From: Sphingomonadales bacterium
GTDB taxonomy: Bacteria; Pseudomonadota; Alphaproteobacteria; Sphingomonadales; Sphingomonadaceae
Assembly: GCA_027490095.1 (NCBI GenBank)
Contig: JAIXYT010000038.1
Location: forward strand, 77,517 to 109,516
Reading direction: 5' to 3'
DNA: 32,000 bases
Part shown: positions 1 to 9,194 of the stretch, in pieces
How the letters are laid out: each line of letters opens with the position of its first letter
Position numbering within the stretch: the stretch's first letter is position 1
Notes under the pieces: generated by a model
What the model saw: the letters and a program-made list of their open reading frames with translations, nothing else
What the model was told of the DNA's origin: nothing
The model's database searches: none
Position numbers and translations under genes: made by a program

Positions 1-1430
1 CGGCAGCCGAAGGGCTGACCCAGTCCGAAGTGGCACGGGCCGAGGCCCTGTCCAAGCGCTGGCTGGCGCGCTTCCACGATTATGACGAGGAGGCCTGGGC
101 GCCCGATGTGACGGGCAGCCGGATCCTGATGGCCTGCTGCCACGCGCCGCTGGTGATCCCGGGCAAGGACCATGTGCACCGGTCCGCCGTGTTGAACGCC
201 ATTGCGCGCTGGAGCCGGCACCTCGACCGCGCCGCGCCGCGGATGCAGGCCGGGCTGCCGCGGGTGCAGGCGATCGCCGGGCTGATCGGCAGCGCGCTGA
301 TCCTGCCGGGCGGCGAGGAACGGCTGGCGCGCGGCCTTGCCCTGCTGGAGCAGTCGCTTGCCGATGTGCTGGGCGAGGATGGCGCGCCGGTGTCGCGCGC
401 CCCCCTGGACCTGGCGCAGCTGGGCGACCTGATGCTGGTGCTGTCCGCCTTTCATGCGGCGCGCATGCAGAAGCCCTCGGCTCCGGTGGAGCGCACGCTG
501 GACCTGGTCCGCCGAACCCTGGGCGCGCTGGCGATGGGCGATGGGCTTCCGGCGCCCTGGCATGGCGGGCAGCCGTCGAAGGCGCAGATCGTGCGGCTTG
601 GCGTGACGCCCGGCACCGCGCCGCCGCCGAGGTCCTCCGGGTTCCAGCGCCTGGCTGCCGGCACCGTCCGGCTGGTGATGGACGCCGGGCCGCCGCCGCC
701 GGCCCGGCTGAATCCGGCGACCCACGCCTCCACCCTGGCCTTCGTCTTCACCGACGGGGACCGGCCGATCATCGTGTCGTGCGGGGCGGAACGCGGAGCC
801 GAGGGCGAGCGGGCCTTTCCGCCGGAACTGGTGATGGGCCTGCGATCGACTGCCGGGCACAGCACCCTCGTGCTGGCCGACACCAACAGCAGCCGTCTGC
901 CCGACGGCGGCCCGCGCCGGCTGGGCGGGGTGGAGGAGGTGGTCGTCGAATCGCGGATGACGCGCGAGGGGCAGTGGCTGGAAGCCCGGCACGACGGCTA
1001 TGCGCGGCGCCACGGCTTCGAGCATCTGCGCCGGCTCTGGCTGAACGCCGAGGGCACGGACCTGAGGGGCGAGGACCAGCTGGTGCCGGTGCGCAGCGCG
1101 CTTGCCCTGTCGCGCCAGCGTGCGCCGCTTGCGGTCGCGATCCGGTTCCACCTGGGCGCGGGTGCGGTCGCGACCCCCACGCAGGACGGCCGCGGCGTCC
1201 TCATCACCCTGCCCGGCACCGGCAAGGCGGAGCGCAGCGGCCAGCCCGATCTTGCCTGGGCCTTCCGCGCGAGCTTCAACCATGCCCCCGGCCTGCTGGG
1301 GATCGAGCCCAGCCTGCTGGTGACGGCGGACGGCCAGACCCACGAGATCCAGCAGATCCTGCTGACGACCATGGTGGAGCCCGGGCAGACGGCCGATGTG
1401 AGCTGGAGCTTCAAGCGCCGCTCGCGGTGA
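1..1430 (+). CDS. heparinase II/III-family protein, C-terminal part (5' end lies outside the window)
   Basis: Frame 3 is open from the window edge to the stop at 1428-1430. The product carries heparinase II/III-like C-terminal patterns (ATHASTLAFVFTDGDRPIIVSCG, RSTAGHSTLVLAD). This family is often found next to purH in alphaproteobacteria. Confidence 0.55.
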   Translation, partial: AAEGLTQSEVARAEALSKRWLARFHDYDEEAWAPDVTGSRILMACCHAPLVIPGKDHVHRSAVLNAIARWSRHLDRAAPRMQAGLPRVQAIAGLIGSALILPGGEERLARGLALLEQSLADVLGEDGAPVSRAPLDLAQLGDLMLVLSAFHAARMQKPSAPVERTLDLVRRTLGALAMGDGLPAPWHGGQPSKAQIVRLGVTPGTAPPPRSSGFQRLAAGTVRLVMDAGPPPPARLNPATHASTLAFVFTDGDRPIIVSCGAERGAEGERAFPPELVMGLRSTAGHSTLVLADTNSSRLPDGGPRRLGGVEEVVVESRMTREGQWLEARHDGYARRHGFEHLRRLWLNAEGTDLRGEDQLVPVRSALALSRQRAPLAVAIRFHLGAGAVATPTQDGRGVLITLPGTGKAERSGQPDLAWAFRASFNHAPGLLGIEPSLLVTADGQTHEIQQILLTTMVEPGQTADVSWSFKRRSR

Positions 1431-1612
1431 GGGCCATGCCACGAACTGCCTGGGCAGTTCGCTTCGGCGGGCTGCCGCCGGCGCGCGGTCGCGCTTGCGG
1501 TGATCGGTTCCGATCACCGGGTTGTTGGATGCGCATGGCTGGCCTGCACTTGCACTGTGCGGCTGGCTGAGGCACCGGGCTTCCGAGCCTTCTCCCCGAT
1601 ACGAGAGTCCCC

Positions 1613-3187
1613 GTGACAGACATCCTCCCCATCCGCCGGGCGCTGCTTTCCGTTTCCGACAAGACCGGCCTTGTCGATTTCGCGCGCGCGCTTGCAGCCC
1701 ATGGCGCCGAGCTGCTGTCGACCGGCGGCACGGCAAAGGCCCTGCGCGAGGCGGGGCTGGTGGTGACCGACGTGTCGGACCACACGGGCTTTCCCGAGAT
1801 GATGGACGGCCGGGTGAAGACGCTGCACCCCAAGGTGCACGGCGGGCTGCTGGCACTGCGGGACGATGCCGGCCACCAGGCGAGTGCGCAGGCGCACGGG
1901 ATCGCGCCGATCGACATGGTGGTGATCAACCTCTACCCGTTCGAGGCGACGGTGGCGAAGGGTGCCCCGCGCCATGACATCATCGAGAACATCGATATCG
2001 GCGGGCCGTCTATGGTCCGTTCGGCTGCCAAGAACCACGCATTCGTGGCCTGCGTGACGGATGCGGCCGATTATGCGGCGCTGGCCGAGGAGCTTGCCGA
2101 CGGCGGGCTTTCGCTGGCGACGCGGCGGCGGCTGGCAGCCAAGGCCTTCCAGGCGACGGCTGCCTATGACGGGGCGATCGCCAGCTGGTTCGCCTTTGCC
2201 GACCAGGGAGAGCGCTTCCCGGCGGTTCTGCCGCTGACGGCGCGGCGGGTGACCGAGCTGCGCTATGGCGAGAACCCGCACCAGTCTGCTGCGCTTTACG
2301 CGGCGTCTGCCGTGCCGTCGGGGCTTGCCGGTGCCGAGCTGGTGCAGGGCAAGGCGCTGTCGTACAACAATATCGGCGACGCGGACGGGGCGCTGGCGCT
2401 GATCTCGGAGTTTCGGGACGCCGCGCCGACGGTTGCGATCATCAAGCATGCGAACCCCTGCGGGGTGGCGAGCGCCTCGACACTGGCAGAGGCCTATCGC
2501 GCGGCGAAGGCCTGCGATCCCGTCTCGGCCTTCGGCGGGATCATCGCACTGAACCGGCCGCTGGATGCGGAAACCGCCGCCGTCATCACCGAGCTGTTCA
2601 CCGAGGTGATAATTGCGCCGGGCGCCGACGAGGCGGCGAAGGCGGTTGTCGCGAAGAAGCCGAACCTGCGCCTGCTGCTGAGCCCGCTGCCCGATCCGGC
2701 GCGCACCGGTCTGGTGCTGAAGACGGTGGCCGGCGGTTTCCTGCTGCAGAGCCGGGACAACCAGACCATGGGCGAGCTGACCATCGTGACGAAGCGCCAG
2801 CCGAGCCCCCGGGAACTGGCCGACATGGCCTTTGCCTGGACGGTTGCGAAGCATGTGAAGTCGAACGCGATCGTCTATGCGAAGGACGGTGCGACGGCCG
2901 GCATCGGCGCCGGGCAGATGAGCCGGCTGGACAGCGCCCGGATCGCGGCCTGGAAGGCGCGCGATGCTGCGGAGGCCGCGGGCTGGGCCGAACCCCGCAC
3001 GATCGGCAGCGCAGTGGCGTCGGACGCCTTCTTCCCCTTTGCCGACGGGTTGCTGGCTGCGGCGGATGCCGGCGCGACCGCGGTGATCCAGCCCGGCGGC
3101 TCGATGCGCGACGCCGACGTGATCGCGGCTGCCGACGCGCGCGGCCTTGCAATGGCCTTCACCGGCCTTCGCCACTTCAACCACTAG
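1613..3187 (+). CDS. purH: bifunctional AICAR formyltransferase / IMP cyclohydrolase
   Basis: 524 aa with a GTG start. Unmistakable PurH N-terminus ([45 protein letters not shown]) and C-terminus ([19 protein letters not shown]). Confidence 0.97.
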   Translation: MTDILPIRRALLSVSDKTGLVDFARALAAHGAELLSTGGTAKALREAGLVVTDVSDHTGFPEMMDGRVKTLHPKVHGGLLALRDDAGHQASAQAHGIAPIDMVVINLYPFEATVAKGAPRHDIIENIDIGGPSMVRSAAKNHAFVACVTDAADYAALAEELADGGLSLATRRRLAAKAFQATAAYDGAIASWFAFADQGERFPAVLPLTARRVTELRYGENPHQSAALYAASAVPSGLAGAELVQGKALSYNNIGDADGALALISEFRDAAPTVAIIKHANPCGVASASTLAEAYRAAKACDPVSAFGGIIALNRPLDAETAAVITELFTEVIIAPGADEAAKAVVAKKPNLRLLLSPLPDPARTGLVLKTVAGGFLLQSRDNQTMGELTIVTKRQPSPRELADMAFAWTVAKHVKSNAIVYAKDGATAGIGAGQMSRLDSARIAAWKARDAAEAAGWAEPRTIGSAVASDAFFPFADGLLAAADAGATAVIQPGGSMRDADVIAAADARGLAMAFTGLRHFNH

Positions 3188-3202
3188 GAGCCTTCGCGCA
3201 CC

Positions 3203-4084
3203 TTGCCCATCTTCCCACCCCACATCCGGGCCATGTTCTGGATGGTGCTGGCCTGCATTTCCTTTGCGGGCCTTTGGGTGATGATCCGGCTGGGGAGCGA
3301 GGAGCTGCACCCCTTTGCGCTGGTCGTGTGGCGGAACTTCCTGGGGCTCATGTGGCTGATGCCGATGGTTCTGCTGACGCCGGGCCTGTTGAAGACCGAC
3401 CGGCTGGGCGGCCACATGCGGCGCGCGACGTCGGGGGTGATCGCGACCTTCGCGACCTTCTATGCGGTCGCCAATGCGCCGATGGCGAACGTGCTGGCGA
3501 TCAACTACACGGCGCCGCTGTTCGCGACCATCGGGGCCGTGCTGTTCCTGGGGGAGCGGGTTCGCTGGGTGCGAGGGCTGGCGCTGGCGATGGGCTTCCT
3601 GGGCATGCTGCTGGTGCTGCGGCCCGGCAGCGCGGAGATGACGCCGGGGCTGTGGGCGGCCGTCATCTCGGCGATCACGACCGCCTTTTCCTATCTGGCG
3701 ATCAAGGCGCTGACCGGACACGACGATCCGCGGGCGATTGCCGTGTGGAGCTTCATCCTGACGACGCCGGTGTCGTTCCTGCTGGCATTGCCCTTCTGGA
3801 GCTGGCCGTCGGACCGGTTGTGGCCGATCCTGTTCGGGCTGGGGGCCTGTGCGGCGGCGGGGCAACTGGCGCTGAGCCGGGCGTTCAGCCTTGCCGAGGC
3901 GGGGGCCGTGCTGCCCTTCGACTTCGTGCGCTTCGGCCTCATCACGCTGGCCGGGATCCTGCTGTTCGGGGAGCGCTATGATGTGGCAACCATCGTCGGG
4001 GGCACGGTGATCCTGGCCTCCACCATCATCCTTGCGCTGAGGGAACGGGCGCTGGCGCGCGAGAGGGCGGGGCGGCGGGGCTGA
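3203..4084 (+). CDS. DMT-superfamily (EamA/RhaT-like) transporter
   Basis: About 10 hydrophobic helices in two EamA-like halves. The start is uncertain: TTG at 3203 or ATG at 3233 (MFWMVLACISF). Confidence 0.85.
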   Translation: MPIFPPHIRAMFWMVLACISFAGLWVMIRLGSEELHPFALVVWRNFLGLMWLMPMVLLTPGLLKTDRLGGHMRRATSGVIATFATFYAVANAPMANVLAINYTAPLFATIGAVLFLGERVRWVRGLALAMGFLGMLLVLRPGSAEMTPGLWAAVISAITTAFSYLAIKALTGHDDPRAIAVWSFILTTPVSFLLALPFWSWPSDRLWPILFGLGACAAAGQLALSRAFSLAEAGAVLPFDFVRFGLITLAGILLFGERYDVATIVGGTVILASTIILALRERALARERAGRRG

Positions 4085-4169
4085 AACCTCCCACTTTCGC
4101 CGATGGGATGGCTTGGCCGGGCGGGCCAAGGCTGCGCCCACATATCTCACCTTGCGGGAAGGGACTTCC

Positions 4170-4952
4170 ATGGAACTGAAGGGACTGTCGGCGGTCGTCA
4201 CGGGCGGCGCATCGGGCCTTGGCGCGGCGACTGCACGGGCGCTGGCGAAGGAGGGCGTGAAGGTCGCCATCTTCGACATGAACAGCGAAAAGGGCGAAGC
4301 GGTTGCGGCCGAGTTGGGCGGCGTCTTCTGCCATGTGAACGTGACCGACGAGGCCTCGGTTGACGCCGGCTTTGCGAAGGCGCGGGCGGCCATCGGGCAG
4401 GAGCGGATCCTGGTGAACTGCGCCGGCACCGGCAATGCGATCAAGACCGCCAGCCGTTCGAAGGAGACCGGCGAGATCAAGCATTTTCCGCTGGATGCCT
4501 TCAACATGATCATCCAGATCAACCTGGTCGGCACCTTCCGCTGCATCGCGAAGTCGGCCGCCGGCATGATGAGCCTGCCGCCGCTGGGCGATTTCGGCGA
4601 GCGGGGCGTGATCATCAACACGGCGAGCGTGGCGGCCGAGGACGGGCAGATCGGCCAGGCGGCCTATTCGGCGTCGAAGGGCGGGGTGGTCGGCATGACG
4701 CTGCCGATCGCGCGCGATCTTTCGAGCGAAGGCATCCGGGTGAACACCATCCTGCCCGGCATCTTCAACACGCCGCTGCTGCAGGCCGCGCCGCAGAATG
4801 TGAAGGACGCGCTGGGCGCGTCGGTGCCCTTCCCCAAGCGGCTGGGCAATCCGGAGGAATATGCGAGCCTGGCGCTGGAGATGTGCCGGAACAGCTATTT
4901 CAACGGCGAGGATGTGCGGCTGGACGGTTCGATCCGGATGGCGCCGCGCTGA
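4170..4952 (+). CDS. short-chain dehydrogenase/reductase, 3-hydroxyacyl-CoA dehydrogenase type-2-like
   Basis: ATG at 4170 is preceded by GGGAAGGGA. TGGASGLG cofactor motif, YSASKGG catalytic motif and a NGEDVRLDG tail typical of HSD17B10-like SDRs. The ORF-track start at 4113 lacks an RBS. Confidence 0.85.
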   Translation: MELKGLSAVVTGGASGLGAATARALAKEGVKVAIFDMNSEKGEAVAAELGGVFCHVNVTDEASVDAGFAKARAAIGQERILVNCAGTGNAIKTASRSKETGEIKHFPLDAFNMIIQINLVGTFRCIAKSAAGMMSLPPLGDFGERGVIINTASVAAEDGQIGQAAYSASKGGVVGMTLPIARDLSSEGIRVNTILPGIFNTPLLQAAPQNVKDALGASVPFPKRLGNPEEYASLALEMCRNSYFNGEDVRLDGSIRMAPR

Positions 4953-4971
4953 GGCCGACACGCTGAAGGGG

Positions 4972-5005
4972 AAAGGGCGGGGCTTGGGCCCCGCCCTTTT
5001 CTGTT
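4972..5005. terminator. bidirectional intrinsic terminator between the SDR and fasciclin genes
   Basis: Stem AAAGGGCGGGGC / GCCCCGCCCTTT (4972-4983 pairs with 4988-4999) with loop TTGG, followed by a T-rich run on the + strand and TTTCCCCTT on the - strand. It lies between convergent stops. Confidence 0.7.
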
Positions 5006-5009
5006 CGGG

Positions 5010-5504
5010 TTACTTCGTCGGCGGCAGGAGCACGGTGTCGATCACGTGGATGACGCCGTTGGAGGCCATGACATCGGCCTGCACCACGGTCGCGTTGTTC
5101 ACCTTCACGCCGTTGGTCCCGTTCACGTTGATGGTGGCGCCGTTCACCGTGGTGGCGTCGGTGACCTTGCCGGCGACGGCCGAGGCCGGGACCTTGCCGG
5201 CGACGACATGGTAGGTGAGGATCGCGGTGAGCTTGGCCTTGTTTTCGGGCTTCAGCAGGGTTTCGACCGTGCCGGCGGGCAACTTGGCGAAGGCGGCGTC
5301 GGTGGGGGCGAAGACGGTGAAGGGGCCGGGGCCCTTGAGCGTGTCGACGAGGCCTGCGGCGGTGAGGGCGGCGGCAAGGGTCTTGAAGGAGCCGGCGGCG
5401 ACGGCGGTGTCGACGATGTCCTTCTTTTCATGGTGCATGGCCTGGGCCGTGGTGGGGGCGAGCGCGAGGGCCGCGAGGGCGGCGGCAGCGAACAGGATCT
5501 TCAT
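5010..5504 (-). CDS. secreted fasciclin (FAS1) domain protein
   Basis: Signal peptide [22 protein letters not shown], then FAS1 hallmarks ([47 protein letters not shown]). Confidence 0.9.
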   Translation of the reverse strand: MKILFAAAALAALALAPTTAQAMHHEKKDIVDTAVAAGSFKTLAAALTAAGLVDTLKGPGPFTVFAPTDAAFAKLPAGTVETLLKPENKAKLTAILTYHVVAGKVPASAVAGKVTDATTVNGATINVNGTNGVKVNNATVVQADVMASNGVIHVIDTVLLPPTK

Positions 5505-5616
5505 GGAACGGGCCTCATGGGTTGCGGACCGCAGAACTGGCGGCCACCCGGCAGGTGGGCCCTGTTGGTGACAAGTTGAGCGTGGCAGCGGCGCGCGCGT
5601 CAGTGCGCCGCAGGCG

Positions 5617-5907
5617 TCAGGCGCCGGCCAGGAGGGCGTCGATTGCCTTTGCGAGCTTGAGGTCGCGGGCGGAGAGGCCGCCTGCGTCGTGGGTGGTGAG
5701 GGCGATTTCGACCCGGTTGTACACGTTGAACCATTCGGGATGGTGGTCCTGCTGCTCGGCGAGCAGGGCGACGCGGGTCATGAAGGCGAAGGCTTCGGAG
5801 AAGTCCTTGAAGCGGAAGGTTCGCTTCAGGTGTTCGCCGTCGAGCGTCCAGTGGGGGAGGGTGGCTGCCAGTTGGCTGCGGGCGGCATCGTCCAGCTTCT
5901 CGACCAT
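5617..5907 (-). CDS. phhB: pterin-4-alpha-carbinolamine dehydratase
   Basis: 96 aa starting at the ATG at 5907, preceded by GGGGAAGG. DHHPEW motif and overall PCD pattern ([55 protein letters not shown]). The upstream part of the 219-aa ORF looks like a non-coding extension. Confidence 0.9.
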   Translation of the reverse strand: MVEKLDDAARSQLAATLPHWTLDGEHLKRTFRFKDFSEAFAFMTRVALLAEQQDHHPEWFNVYNRVEIALTTHDAGGLSARDLKLAKAIDALLAGA

Positions 5908-5934
5908 CGGCTTGCCTTCCCCTATCTCGGGCGG

Positions 5935-6327
5935 ATGGCCCGTTTCGCCCCCTCCTTGGCCGAGATCGAGTTGCTTGCGCAAGCGGCTGTCGAGCGGCTG
6001 CCCGAGCTGTTCCGCCAGCATCTTTCGCGCGTGATCCTGCGGGTGGAGGACTTCCCCGACGAGGAGGTTATGGCGGCGATGGAGCTGGAGAGCCCCTATG
6101 ACATCCTGGGCCTGTATTGGGGCCATCATGTGGGCGATCTGGCCGGGGAGATGACGGGCGCGCTGCCGCCGACGATCTTCCTGTACCGGCGGCCGCTGCT
6201 GGACGAATGGGCCAATGGCGAGGACAGCCTGGAGCATCTGGTGACGCATGTGCTGGTGCACGAGGTGGGGCATCATTTCGGGTTGAGTGATGCGGATATG
6301 GACGCCATCGAAGCGGGCCTCCGTTAG
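5935..6327 (+). CDS. small zinc metallopeptidase-family protein (DUF1025/zincin-like)
   Basis: 130 aa from the ATG at 5935. HEVGHH (HExxH) motif near the C-terminus and acidic DFPDEE and GLY segments typical of this family. Confidence 0.8.
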   Translation: MARFAPSLAEIELLAQAAVERLPELFRQHLSRVILRVEDFPDEEVMAAMELESPYDILGLYWGHHVGDLAGEMTGALPPTIFLYRRPLLDEWANGEDSLEHLVTHVLVHEVGHHFGLSDADMDAIEAGLR

Positions 6328-6403
6328 CGCGAAGCGCTAATCGGAGGACTCCGCGCAGATGCGGCCGGCGTGCGGCGGAGACTTCCGCCGACACGTCCGA
6401 CGA

Positions 6404-6436
6404 GCGGGCTTGCCCGCAATTTCTTGTTTTTTTGAC
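6404..6436 (+). terminator. intrinsic terminator downstream of the metallopeptidase gene
   Basis: GCGGG-CTTG-CCCGC hairpin (6404-6417) followed by AATTTCTTGTTTTTTT. Confidence 0.6.
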
Positions 6437-6505
6437 TTTCGAGCGGACTCGGCGGCTTTGCCGCCGGCCGCGCTTGCCGATATGGTTATCGATATATCTG
6501 AAATA

Positions 6506-6519
6506 GTTCCACGTGGAAC
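6506..6519. promoter_or_regulatory. perfect 14-bp palindrome GTTCCACGTGGAAC (operator-like site, binding protein unknown)
   Basis: Read directly from the sequence. GTTCC/GGAAC-type half-sites recur at 6566-6583 (GGAATGTTCCAACAGAAC). It lies in the AT-richer convergent spacer. Confidence 0.3.
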
Positions 6520-6589
6520 AATCCTATTCGCTTTGCAATCAACGTGTTGGTGCGATTCCGTGTAGGGAATGTTCCAACAGAACAGCTGG

Positions 6590-6610
6590 GCCCCGGGTCA
6601 AGCCCGGGGC
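6590..6610 (-). terminator. GC-rich hairpin, candidate terminator of the D-aminoacylase gene
   Basis: 8-bp stem GCCCCGGG/CCCGGGGC with a 5-nt loop. On the - strand it is followed by CCAGCTGTTCTGTTGG, a weak U tract. It sits about 130 nt past the stop at 6741. Confidence 0.35.
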
Positions 6611-6740
6611 GACGGCGGGTGCATTCTCTGCATCACATACATGACATGTCGCGTGCATTTGGCGTGCGTTCGGTGTGCACATTTTGCGCGTTTGGTGGCG
6701 GTTGGCCGCGGTGTCGTGCCGCTTTCTGCTCGGTTGGGCG

Positions 6741-8483
6741 CTATTCGGCGGCCATTGCCAGCGATGGCCTTGCCTGCGGGCCGCGGATCAGTCCGCCCGG
6801 CAACGCGCCTGTCATCTGCCCGTCGCGGAAGGTGACGACGCCGGACTTGATGGTGGCGACATAGCCGTCGGCCTTCTGGAGGAGGCGCTTGCCGCCTGCG
6901 GGAAGATCGAAGGCCATCCAGGGCTTGCCGAGTTTCAGGGCACCCAAGTCGATGAGATTGAGGTCGGCGAGCAGGCCGGGGGCGATCTGGCCGCGGTCGT
7001 TGAGGCCGTAGAGGCGGGCGGTGTCGCTGCACTGGCGCTTGATGGCGTTTTCGATGCTGATGGTGCCGCGCGTGCGGTCGCGGACCCAGTGCTGGAGGAG
7101 GAAGGTGGGGGAGGCGGCGTCGCAGATGGTGCCGCAGTGGGCGCCGCCGTCGGAGAGCGAGATGACGATGTCGTCGCGCTGGAGCAGGCCAGCCACGAAA
7201 TCGAGGTTGCCGTCGGCATAGTTGAGGATCGGGAAGTAGATGAAGCCGGCGCCGTCGTTGGCGCAGAGGAGATCATAGGCGTAATCGGCGGGGTCGCGGC
7301 CGGCGGCTGCCGCGCGGGCGGCGACGGTTTCGGCTTGCGTGGGCTCGTAGTTGAAGCCCTCGCCCATTTCGTAGTGGAGGCCGAAGCCTTGCGCGACGGC
7401 CATCAGCAGCATCTGGACGTCGGATTCGGGGTAGACGTCGGTTTCGGAGAGCATGCGGGCCTTGAAGGCCGGGTCCTTCAGTTTCGCCCATTGCTGAGCC
7501 CACGGGAGCTCGGCGATTTCGGCCCAGGCGGGCTTGAACAGGAAGGGGTGGACGGTGCCGCGCCAGGCCATGAGGATGCCGTTTCCGCGCAGCGCGATCT
7601 GCGCGACGATGTTGGCGCCGGCTGCGTTCCATTTGGCGGTTTCGGCCATCTGCTCTTCCCAGGGGAGTTCCTTGGCGATGGACTGCAGCATGGCGAAGGT
7701 GACGGGGAGGCCGGTTTCCTTGGAGAGGGCGCCCATCCAGCCGAACTCGTCCCACTCGCGGCGGAGATCGGAGGCCATTTCGAACACGCCGTGCCCGGCG
7801 CGGGCGACGGCGCGGCCGATGCCGATGAGCTCTTCCTTGGTGGCGGTGGTGCCGGGGACGAGCTCGCCGTCGATGGACTTGTGGAGGATGGTGCGCGACG
7901 TGGAGAAGCCGAGCGCGCCGGCCTTGAGGCCTTCCTCGACGATCGCCGACATCTGGGCGATCTCGTGTTCGGTCGGGTCCTCGTTGCGGGCGCCGCGTTC
8001 GCCCATGACATAGGCGCGCACGGCACCGTGGGGCACGTGGGTTGCGACGTCGATGGTGCGCGGGCGCTGTTCGAGGGCGTCGAGATATTCGGGGAAGGTT
8101 TCCCAGTTCCAGCTCATGCCTTCGGCGAGCGCGGTGCCGGGGATGTCCTCCACGCCTTCCATCAGGCCGATGAGCCACTGGTGCTTGTCGGGCTTGGCGG
8201 GCGCGAAGCCGACGCCGCAATTGCCCATGACGACGGTGGTGACGCCGTGCCAGCTGGAAGGCGCCATCTCGCTGTCCCAGGTGGCCTGGCCGTCGTAGTG
8301 GGTGTGGATGTCGACGAAGCCCGGGGTGACGTGCAAGCCCGTCGCGTCGATTTCGGTGCGGCCTTTTGCGGGCACCTCGCCGACGGCTGTGATGCGGTCG
8401 CCGTCGATCGCCACGTCGCCGACGAAGGCCGGGTTGCCGGTGCCGTCGACGATGGTTCCGTTGCGGATCACCAGATCATGCAT
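6741..8483 (-). CDS. N-acyl-D-amino-acid deacylase (D-aminoacylase) family amidohydrolase
   Basis: 580 aa. N-terminus [44 protein letters not shown], with the metal-binding HxH and a C-terminal beta-barrel segment typical of D-aminoacylases. Confidence 0.9.
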   Translation of the reverse strand: MHDLVIRNGTIVDGTGNPAFVGDVAIDGDRITAVGEVPAKGRTEIDATGLHVTPGFVDIHTHYDGQATWDSEMAPSSWHGVTTVVMGNCGVGFAPAKPDKHQWLIGLMEGVEDIPGTALAEGMSWNWETFPEYLDALEQRPRTIDVATHVPHGAVRAYVMGERGARNEDPTEHEIAQMSAIVEEGLKAGALGFSTSRTILHKSIDGELVPGTTATKEELIGIGRAVARAGHGVFEMASDLRREWDEFGWMGALSKETGLPVTFAMLQSIAKELPWEEQMAETAKWNAAGANIVAQIALRGNGILMAWRGTVHPFLFKPAWAEIAELPWAQQWAKLKDPAFKARMLSETDVYPESDVQMLLMAVAQGFGLHYEMGEGFNYEPTQAETVAARAAAAGRDPADYAYDLLCANDGAGFIYFPILNYADGNLDFVAGLLQRDDIVISLSDGGAHCGTICDAASPTFLLQHWVRDRTRGTISIENAIKRQCSDTARLYGLNDRGQIAPGLLADLNLIDLGALKLGKPWMAFDLPAGGKRLLQKADGYVATIKSGVVTFRDGQMTGALPGGLIRGPQARPSLAMAAE

Positions 8484-8562
8484 GTCACGTCTCCCTGGGG
8501 TGGGAGAGTAACAGCGGAGGCGGATTGCGAAACCGGTCGTTGAGAGAGGGTTTGCGGCCTCG

Positions 8563-9060
8563 TCAGGGCGCGTCGCCGAGGCCGACGTCGGCGAACACGA
8601 CGGAGACCTTGGTGGACGCGTCGGTCGAGCTGGCCATGACGAGCAGCAGTTTCTGCGCCTTCTTCGCGGACAGCATTCCGTTCCGGCGGTCTCCGGTGCG
8701 GGTGAGGGGCCCGAGGCGGCCCCTGCGGGCGCTGTCCTGGTAGAAGCGGAACACGGCGTCGACCGAATCCTGCGTGTTGAAGGTCACGCTGGTGGCATCG
8801 AAGCCGTCGCGCCGATCGTTCCGGATCATCGAGATGTCGGCGCCGGGATAGGCGGGGGCGAAGGCCGGGGCGGATTCGGGCCATTCCCTGGACCAGAAGT
8901 TGAAGCGCACGCCCTTGCGGCCCTTGTCGCCTTCGATCTGGACCCCGACGCCGTCGCCGTCGACGCTGACGGTCTGGGTGCCGCCGTCCGAGTGGGGCGT
9001 GCTCTTGCTGCAGGCGGACAGCAGAATGGCTGCGGCAAGCAGCAGTTCCGGCCGAACCAT
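8563..9060 (-). CDS. lipoprotein of unknown function
   Basis: 165 aa from the ATG at 9060, preceded by GAGGAGAAG. Lipobox LLSAC after a hydrophobic signal segment. No family recognised. Confidence 0.65.
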   Translation of the reverse strand: MVRPELLLAAAILLSACSKSTPHSDGGTQTVSVDGDGVGVQIEGDKGRKGVRFNFWSREWPESAPAFAPAYPGADISMIRNDRRDGFDATSVTFNTQDSVDAVFRFYQDSARRGRLGPLTRTGDRRNGMLSAKKAQKLLLVMASSTDASTKVSVVFADVGLGDAP

Positions 9061-9194
9061 GGCGCTTCTCCTCGAACACAACATCCTTACCGGCGTTAAC
9101 CTAACTGCCGCCGGCGCGCGGCACAATGGAAGCGATTGTAAATGAATGTGTTGTGGTGGAGAGGCGCGATCGGCCGGTTGCGGCTGGCCTGTCG

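Noticed and set aside
1431-1612. A ZTP (pfl) riboswitch upstream of purH, prompted by GCCTGGGCA at 1448-1456.
   Set aside because: The match is just the loop and stem of a simple palindrome. The 5' pfl subdomain (GGGTCGTGACTGGCG-like) and the pseudoknot partner are absent.
1514-4621. Very long antisense ORFs in the supplied track. Examples: 1514..4621 (-), 6675..8543 (+), 12340..15249 (+), 16321..18081 (+), 17817..19604 (-), 19840..20997 (+), 21557..24739 (-), 23329..24819 (+), 26590..28158 (-) and 28706..30076 (+).
   Set aside because: Each lies opposite a gene with an unmistakable family signature (purH, D-aminoacylase, acnA, MFS, flippase, hslU and others). Their translations are Arg/Pro/Gly/Asp-rich and low-complexity, with no recognisable motifs. 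Stop-codon-poor antisense frames are expected in GC-rich DNA.
6394-6404. A shared 11-mer, CGTCCGACGAG, followed by a hairpin at both 6394-6404 and 28374-28384. I considered it a possible REP-like repeat family.
   Set aside because: Single 11-nt matches are expected by chance many times in 32 kb of GC-biased DNA, and the flanks do not align beyond it.
6480-6510. A possible chromosome dimer resolution (dif) site in the AT-rich convergent spacer (GGTTATCGATATATCTGAAAT).
   Set aside because: By my hand comparison it matches the conserved XerD arm TTATGTTAAAT in only about 8 of 11 positions, and the XerC arm poorly. That is not convincing without a genome-wide skew analysis.
6506-6583. GTTCC/GGAAC motifs considered as an alphaproteobacterial SOS box (GTTC-N7-GTTC) or an EcfG general-stress promoter (GGAAC-N16/17-CGTT).
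   Set aside because: The repeats are inverted rather than direct with N7 spacing. No CGTT element lies 16-17 nt downstream of any GGAAC on either strand.
6588-6625. A tRNA-like T-arm (GGGTCAAGCCC) suggesting a tRNA gene or an att-site remnant.
   Set aside because: No complementary acceptor strand, D-arm or anticodon arm could be found in the ~75 nt upstream. The loop lacks the conserved TTC. It is more simply read as a GC hairpin or terminator.
6569-6835. An 88-aa Cys-rich ORF (..GGCILCITYMTCRVHLACVRCAHF..) in the AT-richer spacer, considered as a possible RiPP or small-protein gene.
   Set aside because: The ribosome-binding site is not properly spaced. Third-codon positions are mixed rather than strongly G/C as in the real genes here. 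The ORF also runs 95 nt into the 3' end of the D-aminoacylase gene on the opposite strand.
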